The notes under the pieces were generated by a model. The model was not told the DNA's origin. It searched no databases and was given only the letters and a program-made list of their open reading frames with translations. 64,000 bases of DNA, from positions 7,329 to 71,328 of the forward strand of contig JBLNBA010000001.1 of the NCBI GenBank assembly GCA_050259635.1, in the 5' to 3' direction. Shown here one piece after another: positions 1 through 8,569 of this stretch; the first letter of the stretch is position 1, and each line of letters starts with the position of its first letter. The translations under genes were made by a program, and so were the position numbers. This DNA comes from Bacillota bacterium (GTDB lineage Bacteria > Patescibacteriota > Patescibacteriia > Patescibacteriales > UBA12465).

Positions 1-204
1 TTTGAGATAATCTATATACCCGATTTGCCGCAGCGTCACTGAAGATCCGTTCATTACCGACGAACCTTGAGGGATCAGTTCGAGGATAAGCTCAAAGGCT
101 TCTTGGCCGCTTACCACGAAATGGGTGCCGATTCCTTTTTCCGAAAAAGCTGCCATCGTGCGGTTCACAGCCTCCTTTCCGGCTAACTGATTGTAGTCTT
201 TCAT
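1..204 (-). CDS. LUD-domain (DUF162, LutC/YkgG-like) protein, N-terminal part; gene runs off the left edge
   Basis: Not in ORF track (no stop in window). Reverse complement of 202-204 is ATG. Translation MKDYNQLAGKEAVNRTMAAFSEKGIGTHFVVSGQEAFELILELIPQGSSVMNGSSVTLRQIGYIDYLK stays open to position 1 and resembles LUD-family N-termini. Confidence 0.45.
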   Translation of the reverse strand, partial: MKDYNQLAGKEAVNRTMAAFSEKGIGTHFVVSGQEAFELILELIPQGSSVMNGSSVTLRQIGYIDYLK

Positions 205-315
205 ATTGTTAAAGTTATATTAGTCGAGATATTATAGCACGAATCGGCACCTTTTCCAAGAAGGTTTAAAAACAGAAAATATATTCAATCCAGGATAGAC
301 TCGGGCTTGATTTTG

Positions 316-324
316 TGCTATACT
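316..324 (+). promoter_or_regulatory. extended -10 promoter element TGCTATACT
   Basis: TGnTATACT lies 35 nt upstream of the ATG at 359. The same TGnTATAAT-type element recurs upstream of several genes in the window. Confidence 0.4.
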
Positions 325-358
325 AGTATCCCCCTTCCTTCTAAACGCTTAGCCTCAT

Positions 359-1192
359 ATGAAAAATAGAGTCATATACTTCGAAATACCCTCTGATGAT
401 CCGGAAAATAGCACCGAATTTTTCAAGAAGGTCTTTGGCTGGGAATTCCGCCGTTTCCAAAGCCCAAATTACTGGCAAGCGATGACCGGCGACCCTAAAA
501 ACCCGGGTATCGATGGCGGCATCACGAAGAAAAGCGAAAACTTTACCCGGATAATCAATACCATCGAGGTAGACAATATCGATGAAACGCTAGCCCTGCT
601 CGAAAAAATGGGCGGGAAGATCGTTTCTCAGAAAACCCATACGCAAGACGTCGGTTGGCTGGCCCAATTCAGCGACCCGGACGGGAATTATCACGGCCTG
701 GTCCAGTTCGATAATCCGGCCGGAATGACCGGCGGACTAGTGATCGAGCGCCATTTCAGAGCTCCTCTCAAATCAGTCTGGCAAAATTGGGCCCTTCCCC
801 AGAATCTCATGCGCTGGTGGGGCCCCAAAGAATATATCTCGACAGAGGCCATCATGGATTTCCAGGAAGGCGGAAAATATATCTTCTCCATGCGCTCACC
901 CGAAGGAAAAGATTTCTATAGCACCGGTATCTATAAAGAAATAGTGCCGATGAAAAAAATCGTCGCCACGGATAGCTTTTCCGATAAAGAGGGCAACATC
1001 GTTCCGGCTTCATATTACGGTCTGGATGGCGATGAGCTGGAACAATACTTGGTAACAATAACCTTTAAAGAAGAAGGTCCGACCACGACGATGACGCTCA
1101 AGCACGAAGGTCTCCCCGAAGATATGAAAAAATTAACGAAGCAGGGATGGGAACAATCCTTTGATAAGTTTGCCGACAGCTTAAAAATTTAA
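359..1192 (+). CDS. fusion protein: N-terminal VOC/glyoxalase-like domain plus C-terminal SRPBCC (AHSA1/Aha1-like) domain
   Basis: N-terminus VIYFEIPSDDPENSTEFFKKVFGWEF is typical of the VOC fold. C-terminal half (RHFRAPLKSVWQNWALPQNLMRWWGP...) is typical of AHSA1-type SRPBCC proteins. Confidence 0.7.
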   Translation: MKNRVIYFEIPSDDPENSTEFFKKVFGWEFRRFQSPNYWQAMTGDPKNPGIDGGITKKSENFTRIINTIEVDNIDETLALLEKMGGKIVSQKTHTQDVGWLAQFSDPDGNYHGLVQFDNPAGMTGGLVIERHFRAPLKSVWQNWALPQNLMRWWGPKEYISTEAIMDFQEGGKYIFSMRSPEGKDFYSTGIYKEIVPMKKIVATDSFSDKEGNIVPASYYGLDGDELEQYLVTITFKEEGPTTTMTLKHEGLPEDMKKLTKQGWEQSFDKFADSLKI

Positions 1193-1203
1193 TTATCAAA
1201 AAT

Positions 1204-1626
1204 ATGAAAATCAATCCTTATCTTAATTTCGAAGGCAAGGCGGAGGAAGCGTTCGAATTCTATAAATCGGTCTTTGGTGGTGAATTTTCTCGAATCCAGC
1301 GTTATAGCGAAACGCCCGAAGCCGGAGAAGTAAAAAAAGAAGACCAAAACAAGATCATGCATGTCTCTTTGCCCGTCGGCGATGCGATCCTTATGGCCTC
1401 CGACAGCGTTGATTCAATGGGGCAAAAATTACTGACGGGAAATAACATCAGCCTTTCGATCGATACCGGGAGCAAGGAAGAAGCTGACCAGCTCTTCAAA
1501 GCCCTTTCTGAGGGCGGTAAGGTGGATATGCCGATGGATAATTCCTTCTGGGGATCATATTTCGGCATGGCTACCGACCGCTTCGGCATCCACTGGATGA
1601 TTAGCTGGGATAAGGACAGAATGTAA
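1204..1626 (+). CDS. VOC family protein, PhnB/YjdN-like
   Basis: MKINPYLNFEGKAEEAFEFYKSVFGGEF... and C-terminal FWGSYFGMATDRFGIHWMI match the PhnB-like glyoxalase-superfamily pattern. Confidence 0.75.
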   Translation: MKINPYLNFEGKAEEAFEFYKSVFGGEFSRIQRYSETPEAGEVKKEDQNKIMHVSLPVGDAILMASDSVDSMGQKLLTGNNISLSIDTGSKEEADQLFKALSEGGKVDMPMDNSFWGSYFGMATDRFGIHWMISWDKDRM

Positions 1627-1644
1627 CAAAGTTCATTACAATTA

Positions 1645-1692
1645 TTCAGGCGCAGCGGAGAGGATTTGAGGATCCTGTCCGCTGCGCCTGAA
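1645..1692. repeat. long perfect inverted repeat (15-bp GC-rich arms), possible terminator or processing hairpin
   Basis: ttcaggcgcagcgga ... tccgctgcgcctgaa, with an inner aggat/atcct pairing. No U-run follows on the + strand, so it is not a canonical intrinsic terminator. Confidence 0.4.
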
Positions 1693-1736
1693 AAGAAGCA
1701 GCAGAACGCGTTATTGTATAACTAAAAAACCTCGAC

Positions 1737-1967
1737 ATGAACAATAATCAACTCAATGGCCACGACGCGATCACGGCCGGGATGCTGGTTAAATTAACCA
1801 GTGAAAAGATTGATAAGCTTCTTAAAGAAAAGAAGTTATCGGACTACCCGGATACTGAAGGACGGGTGTCCCGAGTTTTCAACCGCTTCAAGCCTTCTGT
1901 TTTCTACGTCAATTTCGGAGGCAAGCAAATAACACTCCAGGAAGGAGACATAGAATCGATCAATTGA
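1737..1967 (+). CDS. hypothetical protein (76 aa)
   Basis: ORF only; no motif recognised. Confidence 0.35.
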   Translation: MNNNQLNGHDAITAGMLVKLTSEKIDKLLKEKKLSDYPDTEGRVSRVFNRFKPSVFYVNFGGKQITLQEGDIESIN

Positions 1968-2083
1968 ACAGGACAAGATAGCGGTTAGTTTTTTTGGAGG
2001 GACTCAGGCGTATTGCCAGGGTCCTTTTTTCAATATCCCGTTTCCAAGCAGGCTTTACTTAAGTGCTTTTTTTTGCTATAATA

Positions 2084-2092
2084 CCTGAGCTC
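2084..2092 (+). promoter_or_regulatory. extended -10 promoter TGCTATAAT
   Basis: Exact TGnTATAAT 57 nt upstream of the ATG at 2149, preceded by a T-rich tract. Confidence 0.45.
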
Positions 2093-2148
2093 ATTTAGAT
2101 TTTTCCCAACCGGATAATTGATTTTAGTGAATATAAAGCCCTATCAAT

Positions 2149-3546
2149 ATGAAAAAAACAGGGTCGACCGCTAATAAACGTTTTCTCGCTTATCTGCCAT
2201 TAATGGTGGCTTTTGGCGCCTTGGCCGCTTATCCTAGACCCGCTCTTCAGGCTGCCAACCCCTTCCAGATAGGGGCCACCGTAACGGTAACGGCCCCCAG
2301 CCTCAACGTACGCGACGCCGCCGGGACGACCGCCAAAGTGCTCGGCTCGGTCCCTGCCGGCTCTACCGGGAAGATCATTGGAGGGCCCAACCTGGCGAGC
2401 GGCAGCAAATGGTGGAAAATAGACTACCTTAACGGCCCCGACGGCTGGTCTGCCGAACCATTTTTGCGTGTATCCTCCAGTCTCGCGCCGGCAGTTAAAT
2501 TCAAGGCCGGCGATCGGATAATCTCTACCGATACCATCATCATACGCAACGGCGTCGGCTTATCAGCTAAGATCGTCGGCGTGATAAGCCAAGGATCTAC
2601 GGGCACTATTATCGCCGGACCGAACCGCGCCAATGACAGCAATTGGTGGCTGATAAATAATGATAACGGCGCCGATGGCTGGACCCTCGAGAACCCCCTG
2701 TCTAAAGTTTCTTCCACTCCTACTCCCATCCCCAAGCCTACGCTGAAATGGGGCGCTTATGCCGGCAACAATCCGGGCGATCTTGAATCCTTTGAAAAGC
2801 TAGTCGGCAAGCAAGCGGATATCCAAGCAGTCTTTGTCGGCTGGAACGATCCCTTTCCCTGGGAAATTGCCCGACGCTTAAAAAATTCGGGCAAAACTCT
2901 GCTTATTTTTTGGGAACCATATTCCACTTCTCTTGAATCGATCGACGCCGGCCATTCCGATGGCTACATGGAAGCGTTCGCTACAGAAGCCAAGGCCTAT
3001 GGCGGGCCCATCATGTTAGCCCCTTTGCACGAAATGAACGGGAATTGGGATCCCTGGGGCGGATATGGCTGGGATGATAAGCCCATCAATAGCCCGTCGC
3101 TGATAATCTCCGTATGGCGCCGGATGCACGGCTTCTTTAAGGGAGCAGACAACGTCAAATTCGCCTGGGCGGTGAATAATGATTCCGTCCCGGACATCCC
3201 CGCTAATTCAATTAATACCTATTACCCGGGTGATAATTATGTAGACTACGTCGGCGTCGACGGCTTTAACTTCGGTACTCCTTGGCAAAGCTTTGATGAA
3301 GTATTCGGGAACGCTATTAAATCCGTATCAGTACATAAGAAGCCGATCTATCTATTTTCCATCGGTTCCACGGCTTCCCCAGAAAAGGATAACTGGATTA
3401 AAGAAGGATTGGGAAACCTTATCCAGCACTATCCGGGAGTGGCCGGCTGGGTCTGGTTTAACCAAAATGGGCCCGACCGGAATTGGACGATAAATTCGGA
3501 CCCCGATTCGCTCGCCGCATTCCGCTCCGTCATTCCTTTAAAATAA
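2149..3546 (+). CDS. secreted glycoside hydrolase, GH26-like catalytic domain preceded by two SH3b domains
   Basis: N-terminal signal-like segment. Two repeats of the type SLNVRDAAGTTAKVLG...WWKIDY..DGW (SH3b). C-terminal LAPLHEMNGNWDPWGG resembles the GH26 HE.NG.W..WG motif. Confidence 0.65.
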   Translation: MKKTGSTANKRFLAYLPLMVAFGALAAYPRPALQAANPFQIGATVTVTAPSLNVRDAAGTTAKVLGSVPAGSTGKIIGGPNLASGSKWWKIDYLNGPDGWSAEPFLRVSSSLAPAVKFKAGDRIISTDTIIIRNGVGLSAKIVGVISQGSTGTIIAGPNRANDSNWWLINNDNGADGWTLENPLSKVSSTPTPIPKPTLKWGAYAGNNPGDLESFEKLVGKQADIQAVFVGWNDPFPWEIARRLKNSGKTLLIFWEPYSTSLESIDAGHSDGYMEAFATEAKAYGGPIMLAPLHEMNGNWDPWGGYGWDDKPINSPSLIISVWRRMHGFFKGADNVKFAWAVNNDSVPDIPANSINTYYPGDNYVDYVGVDGFNFGTPWQSFDEVFGNAIKSVSVHKKPIYLFSIGSTASPEKDNWIKEGLGNLIQHYPGVAGWVWFNQNGPDRNWTINSDPDSLAAFRSVIPLK

Positions 3547-3722
3547 AACACCTATGATAAAATCATCACCCCCACCCCAAGCAAACATTACCTGCCTGAC
3601 GGCTAATAGACTAGCCGGAGGGAGCTTTTGCCAAATAACTTACAACTGCTCGGTGATCGATATAAGCATCATGAAAAACCTGCATTCTAATATGCAGGTT
3701 TTTTTGCGCCCATAGTAAATTT

Positions 3723-4751
3723 ATGAAAATCTCGCTGCTCGTACCATGTTTCAATGAAGAGCGCTCTATCGAAGCGACCATCCGTTCCTGCCTCAACCAG
3801 ACACGGAAGTTTGACGAAATCATTTTCATTGATGACAGCTCCACCGACGATACCCCGAATATCCTTAAACGTTATGCGCGAAAGGGAGTGAAAAGCTATA
3901 AAACTCCTCATAATACCGGCAATAAAAGCAGCGCGCAAGAATTCGGCTTAAATTTCCTAACTGGGGACATTATGGTAACGACCGATGCAGATACTTTGCT
4001 TGACCCGCGCTTCGTTGAAGAGATCGAAAAAAGCTTCCGCAACCCGGGGATATTCGCCGTCGCCGGTTACGTTAAAAGCCTTCCCTATAACTGGCTCACG
4101 CTCTGCCGCGCCTTCGATTATGTCATCGGCCAGGATTTCCATAAGCTCGCCCAAGCACACTTGAACTATATCTTTGTCATGCCCGGGGCAGCCAGTGCTT
4201 TTAGAGTGAAAATGTTCCGACGTTATATTACTTTCGACCATGATACGATCACCGAAGATTTGGATTTCACCTATATGCTGCATCGCCGGAATCTGCGTAT
4301 CGAATACAACACCAAGGCGATTACCTACACCCAGGATCCGGCAACGCTTAGCAACTACATCAACCAGATGCGCCGCTGGTATGACGGGGGCTGGCAGAAC
4401 CTCCGGAAGCACTACCGCATCATGAAGAACCCGGTCCGCGCCCTTGAGCTATCTTTGATCTATATCGAAGGCATGGTCTTTTCCGTCCTGATCTTTCTCA
4501 TTCCTCTCCTCAATTTCTGGTTTGCCTTGATGTTTATATTTTCCTCTCTCATCATCACCCTGCTATACGGCATCTGGGCGGCCTGGAGACAACGCCGCCC
4601 CTTGCTTCTACTCGCCCCCTTCCCTTATGTAATCATAGTATTTATAAATTCCGCCCTTTATTTGGAGACATTTACCAAAGAAATATTGCTTCGGAGACGG
4701 AACCTTAAATGGTTCAAGCCCGAGCGGGTAAATATTGAAATTAAACAATGA
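3723..4751 (+). CDS. membrane-embedded family 2 glycosyltransferase, processive synthase type (IcaA/PgaC/NodC-like)
   Basis: LVPCFNEE, DDSSTDDT, TDADT (DxD) and QMRRW (QxxRW) motifs, followed by C-terminal hydrophobic helices. Confidence 0.8.
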   Translation: MKISLLVPCFNEERSIEATIRSCLNQTRKFDEIIFIDDSSTDDTPNILKRYARKGVKSYKTPHNTGNKSSAQEFGLNFLTGDIMVTTDADTLLDPRFVEEIEKSFRNPGIFAVAGYVKSLPYNWLTLCRAFDYVIGQDFHKLAQAHLNYIFVMPGAASAFRVKMFRRYITFDHDTITEDLDFTYMLHRRNLRIEYNTKAITYTQDPATLSNYINQMRRWYDGGWQNLRKHYRIMKNPVRALELSLIYIEGMVFSVLIFLIPLLNFWFALMFIFSSLIITLLYGIWAAWRQRRPLLLLAPFPYVIIVFINSALYLETFTKEILLRRRNLKWFKPERVNIEIKQ

Positions 4752-5361
4752 TATGCCCTTGACGCCTTCCATCGGATTATCCGTCCTTGTCCATCTGATC
4801 GTACTCCTGGTTTACGGGATCAGGAGGGTATTCGGTTCCGCAAAGCGTAATTCACTAAAAAGCATCCGCATCCACCACGCGGTGATAAACAACCGCTTCC
4901 TCGGCATAATTATCCCTATCACCATTTCCGTCGTCATCTTTAGCGGCGCGTTCAAGCTCGTAGAGTTGTCCGTCCAAAATCGCTATTCTTCCATCCATCT
5001 GGTACGCCAATATCTAGACAACCTTCCGCAAGGACCGCAAGCCATAAGCAGCCAAATCGCCTTGCAAAGCCGCTTGGATGAGCAAAGCGTCCCTCCCGTC
5101 GCCGAAGCGGGAAAGGTCGAGGCCGCTTTTGACTGCACACCGTTATTCAATAACTTTGCGTCCGAATACGGCTGGTCTTTGGTCAACTACCTGACAGCCA
5201 AAGGATTGCCGCAAGACCTACCCTTCCGAAAGAACCTGGCGGCCGAAGTAGGAATCCAGGGATATGACGGCAGCAGCGCTAAGAATATTGAGCTCCTCCA
5301 GACTTTATTCATCCGCAACTCGGAGGGAGGGCTGCCAAAAAATGCCATTTGCCGCCTGTAA
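4735..5361 (+). CDS. hypothetical membrane protein, overlaps the GT2 gene
   Basis: Overlaps the GT2 stop by 17 nt. Two hydrophobic segments (SIGLSVLVHLIVLLVYGI; FLGIIIPITISVVIFSGAF). No family recognised. Confidence 0.5.
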   Translation: MKLNNDMPLTPSIGLSVLVHLIVLLVYGIRRVFGSAKRNSLKSIRIHHAVINNRFLGIIIPITISVVIFSGAFKLVELSVQNRYSSIHLVRQYLDNLPQGPQAISSQIALQSRLDEQSVPPVAEAGKVEAAFDCTPLFNNFASEYGWSLVNYLTAKGLPQDLPFRKNLAAEVGIQGYDGSSAKNIELLQTLFIRNSEGGLPKNAICRL

Positions 5362-5447
5362 TGATCGACCGACTAATTAATTAATTACAATACTATGAAA
5401 AAGCGAGAAGACAAACATTTACAAAATTTCTATTTAATAACAACGAT

Positions 5448-8400
5448 ATGAAACAAAAAAAGTTTTTACAACTTGTATCGAAAGCCAGCCTCTTTGCACT
5501 TATGGGGGCGACAATACTAAGTTTCAACGCCGCATTGCCAGCCCAAGCCGCTGGGCCTAATTTAATAACCAACCCTTCCCTCGAGACTGCCGACGGAGCA
5601 AACCCCCAAGGCTGGCTCAATGGTTTTTTCCCGGCCGGCCTGCAAGCAAATTTCACCTACCCGGTTGAAGGTTCCACCGGTACAAGCAGCAAGGCGGCTA
5701 AAGTAGAGATTACCAGTTATCCGGGCGAAGGCGATGCAAAATGGTACTTCCAAGACGTAACGGTCCAACCCGAAACCTACTACGTGATTTCCGATAAATA
5801 TAAGTCCACGATTCCGAATAAAGTAATCGTGCGCTATAACCTTGGCAATAGCGTATATAACAACGTCACCTTAGAACAGCTCCCGGCAGCAGCAGACTGG
5901 ACAAACATGAGCCACGAGTTTTTGACACCGGCCGGAGTAATATCACTCACTATCTTCCATGTGATAGAAGGAGTGGGGACATTGACGGTAGACGACTATA
6001 ATCTAGCCACGAAAGATTCCCCCAATGTCTTCGACAATGGCATGTTTACTTTTACCTTCGATGATGGTTGGCAATCCGTCTATGACAATGCCCTTCCTAT
6101 CCTCGATGCTAAAGGATACAAGAGCACTCAATATATTATTACTGATGTCGTCCAAGATGAAAGGGTGGGTTCCTATATGACTTCGGCTGAAGTACTCGCC
6201 ATGATTAATTCCGGCCATGATATAGCCGACCATACCCGCACCCATACCAGCTTAGCCCTACCCCCCTTAAGCCCGGCAGAACTTGCTAAAGAAGTATCCG
6301 GTTCCCGCCTTGATCTTCTCACCCGCTTGAACGCGAAACCGGTGGACAGTTTAGCTTATACCTATGGGGATTATGATGAGGCCGCCAAAGCCGCCGTTCG
6401 GGATGCCGGTTTCATCGGAGCGCGCACGATCGACGAAGGATATAACGATAAAGCCTCAGACCGCTATGCCTTGAAGGCCATGTCTATCCTCAGGGGCGGA
6501 ATAGACGCGGATAATGGAAACGAAATCGCCACCACCACGATCGAAGAAGTGAGGGCTGCCATAGATAACGCCATTACCAACAAGGCTTGGCTCATATTCA
6601 CCCTTCACCAAATAGACAATATCGATAGCAACGTCTATGGCGCCACCCCCGAATTCCTCCAACAGATGGTGGACTACATCCAGCAAAAGCAAGGCTCCGT
6701 GAAGACCATGTCCGAAGCGCTGCATTTAATGCCTGGAACCCCGGTTAAAGATACTGTTCCGCCTATCCTAGCAACCACTACGGATATTAGCGTCCCAGCC
6801 ACTAGCGGATCGGGTGCAATCGTCTCTTTTTCTTCACCGGCTGTGACCGATAATATTGATACCAATCTTAAATCTTTCTGCTATACGGCTTCCGGCTTGG
6901 CTTCAAGCTCCACTTTCCCTATTGGTAATACAGAAATATCTTGCCGAGCGATGGATTCGAGCGGCAACCTCTCCAGCTTAGGAACTTTTAATGTCATCGT
7001 TATTGATCCGGCTGCGCCTGTCGTCACTTTAAACTCACCGGTAAGCCCCACTAAGCTGAGAGACTTTACCTATAATTTCTCCAGTAGCGACCCCTTAGCA
7101 GTGCTGACTTATAGCCTTGATGGCGCCGCTTACCAAACAGCAACCTCGACAGCCACATCAACGGCAACCTCAACCGTTACTGTCACCGGCCTACTGGAGG
7201 GAAATCATACCTTTAGCGTCCAGGCAACGGACTCCCAGAACCGAGTTGGTATGGCCACCAGCCGTTTCATCGTCGATCTCACGAAACCGGTAATCACCCT
7301 TAATGGCTCCGCCTCATCTACCTTAGCGGTCGGGGCCGGCTTTACCGATCCGGGAGCAAGCGTCTTAGATAACGTCGATGGCGTAATGACCGCCATCGTA
7401 AGCGGTGACACTGTAACCACCAGCACCCCGGCTGGGACGTATAAGATTTACTATGATGCGACCGACAGGGCTGGAAATGCAGCAGATCGCCTGACTCGCA
7501 CAGTTATAGTCGGCGATGGCGGCAGCGGAAATAATAATAACGGCCCCTCAGCCACGGATATCAGCGCCACCGCGATTACCATCCGCTGGAATTCGGCCGC
7601 CTCGTCCACCGGCGCAATTGTTTGGGATAAAGCCTCCCATACAACGGCCTCCAGCACAGCGGCAGGACCGGAAAAATACGGCTATCCCAACCTTACCAGC
7701 GGAGGCAGCAATCCCAGCATTGAACATTCGATAAAGATAGAGAATCTCGACCCTGACACCACTTATTATTTCCGTACGGTTACGATAGCGGGCACCTCTA
7801 CCCCCCTGCTTGGAAACGAGATCAGCGCCAAGACTTTACGCCGGCCTTCAGGCGGCGGCGGTTATATCCCCTCGACTCCGCCAACATATTATGGACAGGC
7901 CAACGGCTACATCGCCTGGAACGGAAATGTCGGGGGCAATGGCAATGGCCAGACGGATTATCTCGCAGAAGCCAGGATCATTTCCTTATATAATGGCGAC
8001 ATTACCCTGACGCCCGCCAACCAAGCTCTATATAACAGCCTGGTCGGTAATAGGGTGGTAACGGAAGGACAGCGTAAAGCTATATCTTATTTCATCCAAA
8101 ACGGCACCGACAGCAGCCGCAAACTCGGCTCCGGTGAGCGAGCCGGAGTGCTCGGTTCCTTCCTGAAAGCATTCGAACGACTCCCGCTCGATGAGCAAGA
8201 TTGGGAAGATGTCTTAAAGGTAGCTTCCGGACGCTGGACTAAAAAGATCAACCAGAAGGCAGAGCAAAACGCCCTTACGATCTTTTCCGTCATCTATAAG
8301 CGTAAGGCGAACCTGAGCGAAGTCCACGACCAGACGGCGGTCAAGCTCATTGCGTATGGCTTACGCCCGGGTAATCGCAATCTTAAAAGTGAGAAAGCTT

Positions 8401-8498
8401 CACTCAAGAGCTTCTTCTCCATCTTTAACCGCCTGCCGAGGCTGGCTGGCGATTGGGACATCGTCCGGGCAATTGCCTATAGCGGCGCGAAGCGCTAA
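5448..8498 (+). CDS. large secreted multidomain polysaccharide deacetylase (CBM4/9-like + CE4 NodB + HYR + Ig-like/DUF5011-like + FN3-like + repeated C-terminal domain)
   Basis: Signal peptide ...LPAQAAGP. CE4 motifs FTFDDGW and DHTRTH. HYR-like DTVPPIL...SCRAMDSSGN. PVITLNG...GTYKIYYDATDRAGN is Ig-like. 1016 aa. Confidence 0.8.
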   Translation: MKQKKFLQLVSKASLFALMGATILSFNAALPAQAAGPNLITNPSLETADGANPQGWLNGFFPAGLQANFTYPVEGSTGTSSKAAKVEITSYPGEGDAKWYFQDVTVQPETYYVISDKYKSTIPNKVIVRYNLGNSVYNNVTLEQLPAAADWTNMSHEFLTPAGVISLTIFHVIEGVGTLTVDDYNLATKDSPNVFDNGMFTFTFDDGWQSVYDNALPILDAKGYKSTQYIITDVVQDERVGSYMTSAEVLAMINSGHDIADHTRTHTSLALPPLSPAELAKEVSGSRLDLLTRLNAKPVDSLAYTYGDYDEAAKAAVRDAGFIGARTIDEGYNDKASDRYALKAMSILRGGIDADNGNEIATTTIEEVRAAIDNAITNKAWLIFTLHQIDNIDSNVYGATPEFLQQMVDYIQQKQGSVKTMSEALHLMPGTPVKDTVPPILATTTDISVPATSGSGAIVSFSSPAVTDNIDTNLKSFCYTASGLASSSTFPIGNTEISCRAMDSSGNLSSLGTFNVIVIDPAAPVVTLNSPVSPTKLRDFTYNFSSSDPLAVLTYSLDGAAYQTATSTATSTATSTVTVTGLLEGNHTFSVQATDSQNRVGMATSRFIVDLTKPVITLNGSASSTLAVGAGFTDPGASVLDNVDGVMTAIVSGDTVTTSTPAGTYKIYYDATDRAGNAADRLTRTVIVGDGGSGNNNNGPSATDISATAITIRWNSAASSTGAIVWDKASHTTASSTAAGPEKYGYPNLTSGGSNPSIEHSIKIENLDPDTTYYFRTVTIAGTSTPLLGNEISAKTLRRPSGGGGYIPSTPPTYYGQANGYIAWNGNVGGNGNGQTDYLAEARIISLYNGDITLTPANQALYNSLVGNRVVTEGQRKAISYFIQNGTDSSRKLGSGERAGVLGSFLKAFERLPLDEQDWEDVLKVASGRWTKKINQKAEQNALTIFSVIYKRKANLSEVHDQTAVKLIAYGLRPGNRNLKSEKASLKSFFSIFNRLPRLAGDWDIVRAIAYSGAKR

Positions 8499-8557
8499 TT
8501 CCCGACAACGAAACCAGGCCTCTATATGAGGCCTTTTCGTTTATCCAGCGTAAAAGG

Positions 8558-8563
8558 TATAAT
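8558..8563 (+). promoter_or_regulatory. -10 box TATAAT, probably giving a leaderless mRNA
   Basis: TATAAT ends 6 nt before the ATG at 8570. The csoR-like gene at 61155 has the same geometry. Confidence 0.4.
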
Positions 8564-8569
8564 ATAAGA

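Noticed and set aside
3611-3938. Minus-strand ORFs (77 and 83 aa) overlapping the GT2 gene start
   Set aside because: They overlap a strongly supported GT2 CDS and its upstream region, and no motifs were recognised.
7141-7190. Imperfect 12-nt repeats encoding TATSTATSTATSTVTVT in the deacetylase
   Set aside because: This is a short Thr/Ser-rich interdomain linker. The nucleotide units are not identical, so it is unlikely to be a meaningful microsatellite or phase-variation tract.
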